IMG/VR virus record: IMGVR_UViG_3300025723_000135
Location: 1 to 27,644 of that record
Strand: one strand, 5' to 3'
Length of the DNA stretch: 27,644 bases
Origin: a virus
Taxonomy: Duplodnaviria > Caudoviricetes
Program-made: the position numbers and the translations under genes
Part shown: positions 16,442 through 24,510 of the stretch, in pieces
How positions within the stretch are numbered: the stretch's first letter is position 1
Layout: the number at the start of each line of letters is the position of its first letter
The notes under the pieces: generated by a model
What the model was told of the DNA's origin: nothing
The model's input: the letters and a program-made list of their open reading frames with translations, nothing else
Database searches by the model: none

Positions 16442-16726
16442 ATGTACCCACGTAAGATACATGACTTTTGGATTAACGGAATTATTAAAGATGATTCTAT
16501 TTTCCAAAGCTCAAGGGAGAACTATGAAAGACTTTTGGTCCAGCAGATGCGGGACAAAGGTTATGTTCCTGTCCTTGACATGCAACCACAATTTAATGTA
16601 AAATATAATGAGAGCAAGGATCACTATACTTTCAATCTTGTAATGTATGGAATTTACTTAGGTAAAAGCAAGGCATTACAATACGAAGGTTTCTCTGGTC
16701 AGAGTTTAATACCTAAAGGAAAATAA
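16442..16726 (+). CDS. Hypothetical protein between helicase and primase
   Basis: Open frame from TTG 16433; GTG 16436 or ATG 16442 possible starts; alpha/beta pattern. Confidence 0.75.
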   Translation: MYPRKIHDFWINGIIKDDSIFQSSRENYERLLVQQMRDKGYVPVLDMQPQFNVKYNESKDHYTFNLVMYGIYLGKSKALQYEGFSGQSLIPKGK

Positions 16727-16728
16727 AA

Positions 16729-17691
16729 ATGTTAGATGCATATAGTAAAGCGGACCTCCGCTCTATTCTGCAATCTTGTGGCATTGAAATAATTTCTCAA
16801 ACTGGAACTGATTTTCTTTGCTTATGTCCATTTCATCATAATACCGATTCTCCAGCTTTTGCAGTAAGTTATTCTAAAGGGCTTTATATTTGCTACAATC
16901 AAAATTGTGATGCTTCAGGTACAGTTCTTGATTTAGTTAAAAAACTAACAGACAGAAATGATTTTGAAGCACTTAGGTTTATATCAGCAAACAAGCTTTC
17001 AGAAGCAGAACTTCTTGAAGAAGAGCTCAAAGACCTATTGGATGATAAACCAGAATTTGTTGAATACAGTCAAGCCGAGATTGATACTTTACACAATAAT
17101 CTTATGCAATACATGACTGATGGAAAACAATATTTTATTTCCAGAAATATTAATGAAGAAGCAATGGAGCATTTTAAGCTTGGCTATTCTTATAAACAAA
17201 AAATGGTTACAGTACCATTGCACTCCCCAGACGGAATTCCAGTTGGCTTGATTGGAAGGTCAATAGAGGGCAAGTCTTTTAAAAATACGCCAAACTTACC
17301 ACGCAATAAAACTATGTTTAATTTGCATAGGGCAAAGCGTGAGGGCGGAACTATTATAGTAGTAGAATCTAGCTTTGATGCAATACGTTTATGGCAGGCG
17401 GGGTTTCCAAATGCAGTAGCTACTTTAGGAGGCAGTATATCTGAAGTTAATATTAAACATTTAAATAAGTATTCATCAACCATTATTCTTATGACTGACA
17501 ATGATCAGGCAGGGAAAGCACTAGGAACTACAATCGCTAATAAATTAAAGAATAAAAATGTATTATGGGCTAGATATAACAATGATGTAATCTATCCCCA
17601 TATGGCAAAAGATGTGGGGGATCTCACAGATGAAGAGATCAAACAATGTATAAAAAATGCTATTCCACATTTTCAATACGCAAATATATAG
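16729..17691 (+). CDS. dnaG: DnaG-like DNA primase (CHC2 zinc finger + TOPRIM)
   Basis: CPFH..C..C zinc-binding domain; VVESSFDA, ATLGG, TDNDQAG, KDVGD. Confidence 0.95.
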   Translation: MLDAYSKADLRSILQSCGIEIISQTGTDFLCLCPFHHNTDSPAFAVSYSKGLYICYNQNCDASGTVLDLVKKLTDRNDFEALRFISANKLSEAELLEEELKDLLDDKPEFVEYSQAEIDTLHNNLMQYMTDGKQYFISRNINEEAMEHFKLGYSYKQKMVTVPLHSPDGIPVGLIGRSIEGKSFKNTPNLPRNKTMFNLHRAKREGGTIIVVESSFDAIRLWQAGFPNAVATLGGSISEVNIKHLNKYSSTIILMTDNDQAGKALGTTIANKLKNKNVLWARYNNDVIYPHMAKDVGDLTDEEIKQCIKNAIPHFQYANI

Positions 17692-17758
17692 TAGACAAAC
17701 ACAATTTTGCATGCTATAATTAAATAACAGGGCATCATATAGCCCACTATACAAGGAG
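17692..17758 (+). promoter_or_regulatory. Promoter TAGACA-N17-TATAAT with TG extension, short leader hairpin and RBS
   Basis: TAGACA 17692-17697; TGCTATAAT 17712-17720; GGGC-N8-GCCC 17730-17745; AAGGAG 17753-17758. Confidence 0.78.
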
Positions 17759-17767
17759 AAATACACT

Positions 17768-18445
17768 ATGGGTATCGTAACAGGTTTAAAAGCAATGAAT
17801 GAACAAATGGAACAAAAGTCTCATTCAACTGATTCACAAAAAGGAAGATGGCTACAACTTAAAGATGGTCAATCTCTAAAAATCCGATTCTTGCAAGAAA
17901 TTGATCCAGACTCAAAGAGTTATGTTGAGAAAGCTGGTTTAGCTTTTATTGCAGTAGAACATACAAATCCAAAAGATTATAAGCGTAAAGCGCTTTGCAC
18001 AATTGAAGATCAAGGTCGTTGTTACGGTTGCGAAATGCATCGCCGTGATCCAAAGGCTGGTTGGAAAGGCCGTTCACGTTTTTATGCTAACGTGTTAGTT
18101 GATGATGGTTCAGAAGATCCATATGTTGCAATTTTTTCACAAGGCGCTGGACCAAAGTCTGCAACACCAGAAATTATTAATTACGCTGGTGAGACAGGTA
18201 GCATTTCCAATCTTAATTGGAAGCTAAAGCGTACAGGAACATCAACAGATACAAATTATTCAATTATCCCATTGCCAACTGCTGATGTTGCTGCAATTGA
18301 CTTTGATAAGTTTGAATTGTTTGATTTACAAAAGTCTGCAGTTCGTGATGTACCTTATAATGAACAAGAAAATTTCTACCTAGGAATTACATCTGATTCA
18401 TCTGAAGAATCACTACAATCAACATCATCTGCTGTTGAGTGGTAA
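17768..18445 (+). CDS. ssb: Single-stranded DNA-binding protein, T4 gp32-like
   Basis: LKDGQSLKIRFL N-terminal motif; H65/C77/C85/C88 zinc site; KRTG..DTNY; acidic Ser-rich tail ending in Trp. Confidence 0.82.
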   Translation: MGIVTGLKAMNEQMEQKSHSTDSQKGRWLQLKDGQSLKIRFLQEIDPDSKSYVEKAGLAFIAVEHTNPKDYKRKALCTIEDQGRCYGCEMHRRDPKAGWKGRSRFYANVLVDDGSEDPYVAIFSQGAGPKSATPEIINYAGETGSISNLNWKLKRTGTSTDTNYSIIPLPTADVAAIDFDKFELFDLQKSAVRDVPYNEQENFYLGITSDSSEESLQSTSSAVEW

Positions 18446-18451
18446 TAAGTA

Positions 18452-18482
18452 ATATGGGGGAGTATCCATTACTCCCCCATAT
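18452..18482 (+). terminator. Perfect 13-bp stem-loop after ssb (terminator-like, no U-tract)
   Basis: ATATGGGGGAGTA-TCCAT-TACTCCCCCATAT. Confidence 0.65.
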
Positions 18483-18492
18483 GAAATATCTA

Positions 18493-18501
18493 TGATATAA
18501 T
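18493..18501 (+). promoter_or_regulatory. Extended -10 promoter, probably giving a leaderless mRNA
   Basis: TGATATAAT then 6 nt then ATG 18508. Confidence 0.7.
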
Positions 18502-18507
18502 AGGTTT

Positions 18508-19008
18508 ATGGACAAAATACACAAATCAGATTTATGTTGGGCAGCGGGATTTTTCCAAGGAGAAGGTTTTGCTGGAATAGCTACTGCTAAAAGAAAATAT
18601 AAAGAAGATTACAAATATATAAGTATAAAAATAACTCAGTATGTAGACAGAACACCTCTTGATAGATTTCAAAAAATATTTAAAGTTGGTTCTGTTCAAG
18701 GTCCACATGTAAATAATCGTGGAGAATCTGAAATATATCAATATGCTGCATCATCAAATGATGCAGAAAATATATTAAAAGCAATATTATCAGAATTAAC
18801 TGGTAAAAAATATTTGCAAGTTAAAAACGCATTACAAAACATAGAACAATATAAAGAAAAAGATAGGCCAATGCCAAAGGGCAAAAAAACAAATTGTCCA
18901 AAAGGACACGATTATTCGGTTGTTGGGTATGTTAGGCCAAATGGATATATAATTTGTAAAACATGTCATGCAGAACAAAAAAGAAAGATGAGAGCTAATG
19001 CAAAATAA
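18508..19008 (+). CDS. Free-standing single-motif LAGLIDADG endonuclease-like protein with C-terminal zinc-binding domain
   Basis: WAAGFFQGEG motif, 'IKITQ..PLDRFQKIFKVGSV', 'LTGKK..Q'; C-terminal KTNCPKGH..CKTC. Confidence 0.78.
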   Translation: MDKIHKSDLCWAAGFFQGEGFAGIATAKRKYKEDYKYISIKITQYVDRTPLDRFQKIFKVGSVQGPHVNNRGESEIYQYAASSNDAENILKAILSELTGKKYLQVKNALQNIEQYKEKDRPMPKGKKTNCPKGHDYSVVGYVRPNGYIICKTCHAEQKRKMRANAK

Positions 19009-22000
19009 TTTTGTCCACCTTCACGTTCACTCGCATTATAGTCTCATGGACGGTTTAAATACACCTCACGAGCTTTTGGAGGCTGCAAAAAAGCAAGGTC
19101 AGACATCTCTTTCAATTACAGATCACGGAACATTATCTTCCCACAGAGATATGCAGATTGCTGCAAAAGAATTAGGAATCAAGCCAATACTTGGCATTGA
19201 AGCTTATATTTCAGAAACAGATAGGTTTGATAAGCGGGAAGTTAAAAAGCGTGACGATAACACTTCAGTTTATAATCATATTATTTTGCTTGCTAAAAAC
19301 GATATAGGATTAAAGAATCTACAAAAGCTTTCACAGATTGCTTGGACTGAAGGATATTATAGAAAACCAAGAATTGATATGGATGTCTTGTTTGAATATA
19401 AAGAAGGTATAATTGTAGTATCAGGCTGTATGAATGGTCTTATTTCTAAGGCTATTGAGCGTGGTGAATTAAACAGGGCAGAAGAGCTTGTAAATATTTT
19501 TAAAGACAATTTTAGTGATGATTTTTATATTGAAGTACAGGCACACAACCCTAAAGAATTAAATAACTCTCTGCTTAATTTAGCAGATAAGTTTGGGGTG
19601 AAACCAGTTGCAACAGGCGATTGTCATTTTGCAAAGAAAGAAGAGAGGGATCTGGAAGAACTCCTCCTCATCCTCTCAACAAAGCCTTCCGAAAACAAAG
19701 AGGCAGACTACGCCAGTGGTCGTGCATTCACTAATACTCTTGACCGCTTTGATCATCTTTATCCCAATCGCCCTATTTCTTTCGCTGATATTAACGTTTA
19801 TATTCAATCCTATTCTGAAATTAGTATGGATTTTGAAAAAGCGGGTATTACAAGAAAAGATATATACAAGTCATCAGTAGAAATAGCAGACAAGATTGAA
19901 TCTTATACGTTTCATGAGAATCTTGATTTGCTTCCAGTACCAAAAAAGAATGCATTAAAAACATTAAAAGAAATGTGTGAAAAGTCTCTAGTAGATAAGG
20001 GCTTAGAAAATGAGACATATAAAGAAAGACTCCAAGAAGAACTCAAAGTTATCTCAGATAAAAATTTTGCTAGTTATTTCCTTGTTGTTGGTGACATGGT
20101 TAATTGGGCGAAAGAAAATGAAATCTTGGTTGGACCAGGCAGAGGATCCGCTGCTGGAAGTTTAGTTTGTTATTTAATGGGTATTACAGAAGTAGACCCA
20201 ATTAAATTTGATTTGCTATTTTTTAGATTTATTAATCCAGAACGTAATGACTTTCCCGATATTGATACAGATTTTATGGATCGCCGTCGTGGAGAAGTTA
20301 AAGAGTATTTGCGTAAGAAATTTAAGCATGTTGCTTCTATTTCTACATATCAATATTTTAAAGATAAAGGAGTTATTCGTGATGTTGCTAGAGCGTTCCT
20401 TATCCCACTTGGTGAAGTTAATAAAGCACTTAAGGGTGTTGAGACATTTGAAGAATATGAATCTTCCCCAAGTACAGAAGAATTCAGAAAAAAATATCCA
20501 GAGGTAACTAAATATGCATCCATGTTACGTGGCAAGATTCGTGGAAATGGAATGCATGCTGCTGGCGTAGTAGTTGCAAAAGATGACATTAGTCAATATG
20601 TTCCAATTGAAACTCGCAAAGATCCAGATGATTCGGTATCTGGTCGCATACCAGTAGTTGCTTATGATATGGAACAAACTGCAGACCTTGGTCTAATTAA
20701 GCTTGACGTACTTGGACTTAAAACCCTGTCTGTTATTGATGATACATTGAAAACAATTAAGCATATTAAAAAAGAAGATGTTAACCTTAAGTCAATTGAA
20801 CTTGATGATAAAAAAGTTTTTGAAATGCTTTCAAGTGGTTTTACAAAAGGCGTGTTTCAAGCAGAAGCGACACCTTATACAAATTTGCTTATGAAAATGG
20901 GTGTTAGTACATTTGAAGATCTTGCTGCTTCTAATGCATTGGTTCGTCCAGGTGCTATGAATACGGTTGGAGGATCTTATATCCGACGTAAAAAAGGTGA
21001 AGAAATTGTAACTTATGCACACCCGCTTATGCAAGAGTTTACCGCTAGAACATATGGCGTAATTATTTATCAAGAACAAGTTATGCAAGCCTGTGTATTT
21101 TTGGGCGGTATGTCATGGGCTGATGCTGATAAAGTTAGAAAGATTATTGGAAAGAAAAAAGATGCTAAAGAATTTGATCAATATAAAGACCAGTTTATCT
21201 CTGGAGCAAGTAAGCATATCACTCCAGAAGATGCCCAAAAGTTATGGCATGATTTTGAAGCCCATGCTGGTTATTCTTTTAACCGTAGTCACGCTATTGC
21301 TTACAGCATGTTATCTTATTACACTGCTTGGCTTAAGCGTTATTATCCTCTTGAGTTTATGTTTGCCGTTCTTAAAAACGAAAAAGATAAAGATGTTAGA
21401 ACGGATTATTTGCTTGAAGCTAAAAGATTGGGAATCAAGGTATTATTACCTCATATTAATGAATCTGAATTAGATTTTAGCATTCAAGGCAATTCAATTC
21501 GTTTTGGACTATCCAACATAAAATATATTTCTGATAATATTGGTAGCAAAATTACTTCATTAAGACCTTTTAAGTCTTATAAGGAATTTACAGAAAAGTC
21601 GGGAATCAAAGGTAGCGGTATTAATTCAAGAGCTATAGACTCTCTTAATACAATAGGTGCTGCAGCTTTTCCAGATAATCCAAGAAAAGGAAATGAAGGC
21701 GAAAAGCTATATGAGTATTTAGGCATACCAAAGTTTGATACAGGTAAATTAAGCCCATCTATTAAATCACAAGTTAATCCTCTTGAAGAATTTCTTGAAG
21801 AAGGTTGCTTCGTTTTGTTGGCAATGGTTAAATCAATTAAGAAAGGTCCAACTTGGTCAAGAATTGAGCTTGTAGACGATACTGGATCTGTAGGTATTTT
21901 TCATTCAGTTAACACACAAATTGAACCAGGCATGATGTACTTCTTTTTGGTTGGCGATAATCGTATTCACAAATATGTAACAATTGATGATGTTGTAAAT

Positions 22001-22276
22001 AAAATAGATGAGCCTTTTGTTCAGTGGTTATATAAAGATAAATTAAAAATTGAAGATGGAAAGATGCTTGTTCTTGATTTTACACATTATAAGACTAAGG
22101 CAAACAAAATGATGGCTCATATTATTTTGTCTGATGCTAATAAAAAATTAGAACGTGTTATTGCTTTTCCCAAACTTTATACTAAAGCCCTTGGTAAAAT
22201 GAAGCCAGGAACTATTTGTGATCCAGCAATTGCAAAAATGGAAGACGGAACGTTATTTGTAAAGGAGGTAAGCTAA
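18998..22276 (+). CDS. dnaE: DNA polymerase III alpha subunit (family C)
   Basis: PHP HLHVH..SLMDG, TDHG; GRGSAAGS; PDIDTDF; HAAG; KLDVLGL; YQEQVM; YSFNRSHA; no intein. Confidence 0.97.
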   Translation: MQNNFVHLHVHSHYSLMDGLNTPHELLEAAKKQGQTSLSITDHGTLSSHRDMQIAAKELGIKPILGIEAYISETDRFDKREVKKRDDNTSVYNHIILLAKNDIGLKNLQKLSQIAWTEGYYRKPRIDMDVLFEYKEGIIVVSGCMNGLISKAIERGELNRAEELVNIFKDNFSDDFYIEVQAHNPKELNNSLLNLADKFGVKPVATGDCHFAKKEERDLEELLLILSTKPSENKEADYASGRAFTNTLDRFDHLYPNRPISFADINVYIQSYSEISMDFEKAGITRKDIYKSSVEIADKIESYTFHENLDLLPVPKKNALKTLKEMCEKSLVDKGLENETYKERLQEELKVISDKNFASYFLVVGDMVNWAKENEILVGPGRGSAAGSLVCYLMGITEVDPIKFDLLFFRFINPERNDFPDIDTDFMDRRRGEVKEYLRKKFKHVASISTYQYFKDKGVIRDVARAFLIPLGEVNKALKGVETFEEYESSPSTEEFRKKYPEVTKYASMLRGKIRGNGMHAAGVVVAKDDISQYVPIETRKDPDDSVSGRIPVVAYDMEQTADLGLIKLDVLGLKTLSVIDDTLKTIKHIKKEDVNLKSIELDDKKVFEMLSSGFTKGVFQAEATPYTNLLMKMGVSTFEDLAASNALVRPGAMNTVGGSYIRRKKGEEIVTYAHPLMQEFTARTYGVIIYQEQVMQACVFLGGMSWADADKVRKIIGKKKDAKEFDQYKDQFISGASKHITPEDAQKLWHDFEAHAGYSFNRSHAIAYSMLSYYTAWLKRYYPLEFMFAVLKNEKDKDVRTDYLLEAKRLGIKVLLPHINESELDFSIQGNSIRFGLSNIKYISDNIGSKITSLRPFKSYKEFTEKSGIKGSGINSRAIDSLNTIGAAAFPDNPRKGNEGEKLYEYLGIPKFDTGKLSPSIKSQVNPLEEFLEEGCFVLLAMVKSIKKGPTWSRIELVDDTGSVGIFHSVNTQIEPGMMYFFLVGDNRIHKYVTIDDVVNKIDEPFVQWLYKDKLKIEDGKMLVLDFTHYKTKANKMMAHIILSDANKKLERVIAFPKLYTKALGKMKPGTICDPAIAKMEDGTLFVKEVS

Positions 22277-22482
22277 TGACAGAGGAACAAAACAAAGTAC
22301 CTATTGGAGTAGAGCAAGTTTGTGCAGCAATTCTTTCAACAGTAGGGGAAATAGTTATTCCACTTGAAAATTTGTTAAAAGATTATTCAGGTAAAACTAT
22401 TGCTGTCAATCAAAATGAAGATACTAAAGAATTAACATTTAGTTTGGTAGACATAGTTGATGTTGAAACAGAGATTGAATAA
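22276..22482 (+). CDS. Small acidic hypothetical protein
   Basis: 68 aa; AAGGAGG RBS and TAATG overlap with dnaE. Confidence 0.75.
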   Translation: MTEEQNKVPIGVEQVCAAILSTVGEIVIPLENLLKDYSGKTIAVNQNEDTKELTFSLVDIVDVETEIE

Positions 22483-22502
22483 ATAGTGTATAATATAAGT
22501 AT

Positions 22503-22757
22503 ATGGCTCAGTCCTACATACTTAAAGGTACGGAAAACGAGTTCCTGTTAGTAGTTAGAGCGGGTGACGAAAAAGCAATCTATAACATAATAGATTTATT
22601 AGCAACGAGTCGTAACGAAGATATAAAAGCAGTAGCAGCAGAATTAGAGAAGAGTTTACATGATAACGGAAGAGATCCTAGCAAAGCTAGATCCAAAAAC
22701 AAGGGCAAGAATACAATTAGCAACAACAGTAAATATAGAAAAGCAAAAGACTCCTAG
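22503..22757 (+). CDS. Hypothetical protein overlapping recA
   Basis: 84 aa; TATAAT at 22489-22494 just upstream; first ~52 codons fill otherwise empty space. Confidence 0.65.
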   Translation: MAQSYILKGTENEFLLVVRAGDEKAIYNIIDLLATSRNEDIKAVAAELEKSLHDNGRDPSKARSKNKGKNTISNNSKYRKAKDS

Positions 22758-23658
22758 TATTGGATTAACAAACGCATTAAAAGGCGGGCTTGGCTTTGGT
22801 CGTCAAGTAATGATTTGGGGAAATAAGTCTGCAGGAAAATCTTCTTTTTGTTTACAGATGATTGCCTTAGCTCAAAAAGACGGAAAGACCTGTGCTTGGA
22901 TTGATGCAGAAGCATCTTATGATCCAACATGGGCATCCCAATTGGGCGTTGATTCTGATAAATTAATTTATTCTACTGCTAAATCTATCAATGATATGGT
23001 TGATGTTGCACAACAATTGATGGAGGCAGGAGTAGATATTATTGTTGTAGATTCTATTTCAGCATTGCTTCCCGCAATTTATTTTGAAAAAGATAGTGCT
23101 GACCTTAAAAAATTAGAAGACACCAAACAGATTGGTGCAGAAGCAAAGGACATGACACATGCAGTCAAAATGCTTAACTACGCTAACAAAAATACGCTAC
23201 TCGTTCTTATTTCTCAACAGAGAAATCAATTTGGTTCTATGCATGCGTCGCATATCCCGACAGGGGGCATGGCAGTTAAGTTTTTCTCCAGCACCATTAT
23301 CAAGCTTTGGGCATCGGAAGCTGATGCAAATTCTATTAAGTCTGGAATCCAAGTTGGTGATAAAATCATTGAACAAAAAGTTGGAAGGCCCGTTAACTGG
23401 ATCGTTGACTACAATAAAACTGGACCAATGGGACTTAGCGGTCAATATGATTTTTACTTCCAAGGGGATCAAGTCGGAGTTGATTCCGTTGGAGAAATTG
23501 TAGATGTTGCTGAAATGATGGGCATTATACAAAAGGGTGGCGCTTGGTATACCGTTAATGGTGAAAGATTTCAAGGTCGTGCTAAGGTTGTTGAATATGT
23601 AAAAGAAAATCCTAAAGTGGCAGAAAAATTACAAGGAGAAATAAATGCCAAATCTTGA
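22660..23658 (+). CDS. recA: RecA-family recombinase
   Basis: Walker A GNKSAGKS; WIDAEAS; Walker B IIVVDSIS; ISQQR; TGGMAVKFFSS; GAWY..RFQG. Confidence 0.95.
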   Translation: MITEEILAKLDPKTRARIQLATTVNIEKQKTPSIGLTNALKGGLGFGRQVMIWGNKSAGKSSFCLQMIALAQKDGKTCAWIDAEASYDPTWASQLGVDSDKLIYSTAKSINDMVDVAQQLMEAGVDIIVVDSISALLPAIYFEKDSADLKKLEDTKQIGAEAKDMTHAVKMLNYANKNTLLVLISQQRNQFGSMHASHIPTGGMAVKFFSSTIIKLWASEADANSIKSGIQVGDKIIEQKVGRPVNWIVDYNKTGPMGLSGQYDFYFQGDQVGVDSVGEIVDVAEMMGIIQKGGAWYTVNGERFQGRAKVVEYVKENPKVAEKLQGEINAKS

Positions 23659-23836
23659 AGAATTTTTAAATAAAAAAGAACCACATGTTAGTGATTTTTT
23701 TGAACCAGTTGATGGTAGTTTCCAATGTCAAAATAAAGAATGTTCTTTAATTACTTATGAAGCTTTTCTTGACAATAGTCATAGAAAAATTAAATGGACT
23801 TGTGCTAATGGTCACGATTCAAGCGTGGCAGTATGA
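23645..23836 (+). CDS. Small zinc-ribbon protein
   Basis: CQNKEC..WTCANGH; AAGGAG RBS. Confidence 0.7.
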   Translation: MPNLEEFLNKKEPHVSDFFEPVDGSFQCQNKECSLITYEAFLDNSHRKIKWTCANGHDSSVAV

Positions 23837-24141
23837 GTGAACGTGCAGAAGTTAAAAGGGACGGTGCAAAAGCTCAAAAAAATTCAGGTCGGGGGGAATA
23901 CCAAAAAGGTGACTCTATATGGCATGATTTTGTGGTTGATTATAAAGAGTATTCAAAGTCAATATCCATTAGTAAAGAGATTTGGGCAAAAATCTGTACT
24001 GATACTTTTAAAGTATCACGTGAAAAATATCCTGTCCTCAAACTTATCCTTGGGGGAGATGGAGCAAAGACTAGACTTGCTGTTATAGAATGGGCTTTGT
24101 TTGAACAAATGGTTGAGTGTTGGGAGACACATAATGATTGA
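23833..24141 (+). CDS. Small PD-(D/E)XK nuclease, Holliday junction resolvase (Hjc)-like
   Basis: E..R..NSGRG..KGD..VDYK pattern in a 102-aa protein. Confidence 0.65.
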   Translation: MSERAEVKRDGAKAQKNSGRGEYQKGDSIWHDFVVDYKEYSKSISISKEIWAKICTDTFKVSREKYPVLKLILGGDGAKTRLAVIEWALFEQMVECWETHND

Positions 24142-24316
24142 TGAAGAAAATTTAGATGAATTTCAAATTTGGTTTAACAATGGTGTTGAACGTGGTTGGA
24201 TTACAGACATGTTTTGTGCAACCCACGATGGAATACCTTCACTTTCTAAAGAAGAAGAAAATGAGTGGGAAGAAGGCGGGGACCCCTGCCAATTTTGCGT
24301 AAGGATATTAGAATGA
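24134..24316 (+). CDS. Acidic hypothetical protein with CxxH..C motif
   Basis: ATG 24134 with GGGAG RBS preferred over 24101; WFNNGVERGW..CATHDG..GDPC. Confidence 0.7.
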   Translation: MIDEENLDEFQIWFNNGVERGWITDMFCATHDGIPSLSKEEENEWEEGGDPCQFCVRILE

Positions 24317-24510
24317 ATCATTTAAAAGCAGATAATGGAAATTATTTTAAGCACATGCTGCAAGCATGGAGAGCAATTTTTCTTATGATAATTGCTATTT
24401 TTTCTTGCATTATACACTCTATATTTCCTTTTATGTTTCAAAAAACTACTAAAAAAATATTAAATAATATAATTAATAATGCAAACAAAAGACATGGTAT
24501 AATTAAATGA
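24313..24510 (+). CDS. DUF6356-like small membrane protein
   Basis: HL..Y.KH..A..(hydrophobic)..IIHSIFPFMF.KT pattern; ATG 24313 in ATGA overlap preferred over 24265. Confidence 0.6.
   Translation: MNHLKADNGNYFKHMLQAWRAIFLMIIAIFSCIIHSIFPFMFQKTTKKILNNIINNANKRHGIIK
24495..24503 (+). promoter_or_regulatory. Extended -10 promoter motif TGGTATAAT
   Basis: Same motif as at 4959, 16412, 17712 and 18493; located at a gene junction. Confidence 0.55.

Noticed and set aside
18446-19008. Group I intron or intein housing the LAGLIDADG ORF
   Set aside because: ssb and dnaE both look complete; only 62 nt of non-coding flank; no intein splice residues
19643-19800. C-rich patch and imperfect GAGAGGGAT/ATCCTCTC hairpin inside dnaE
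   Set aside because: Reading frame is continuous and a Leu run explains most of it; the stem is short with a long loop
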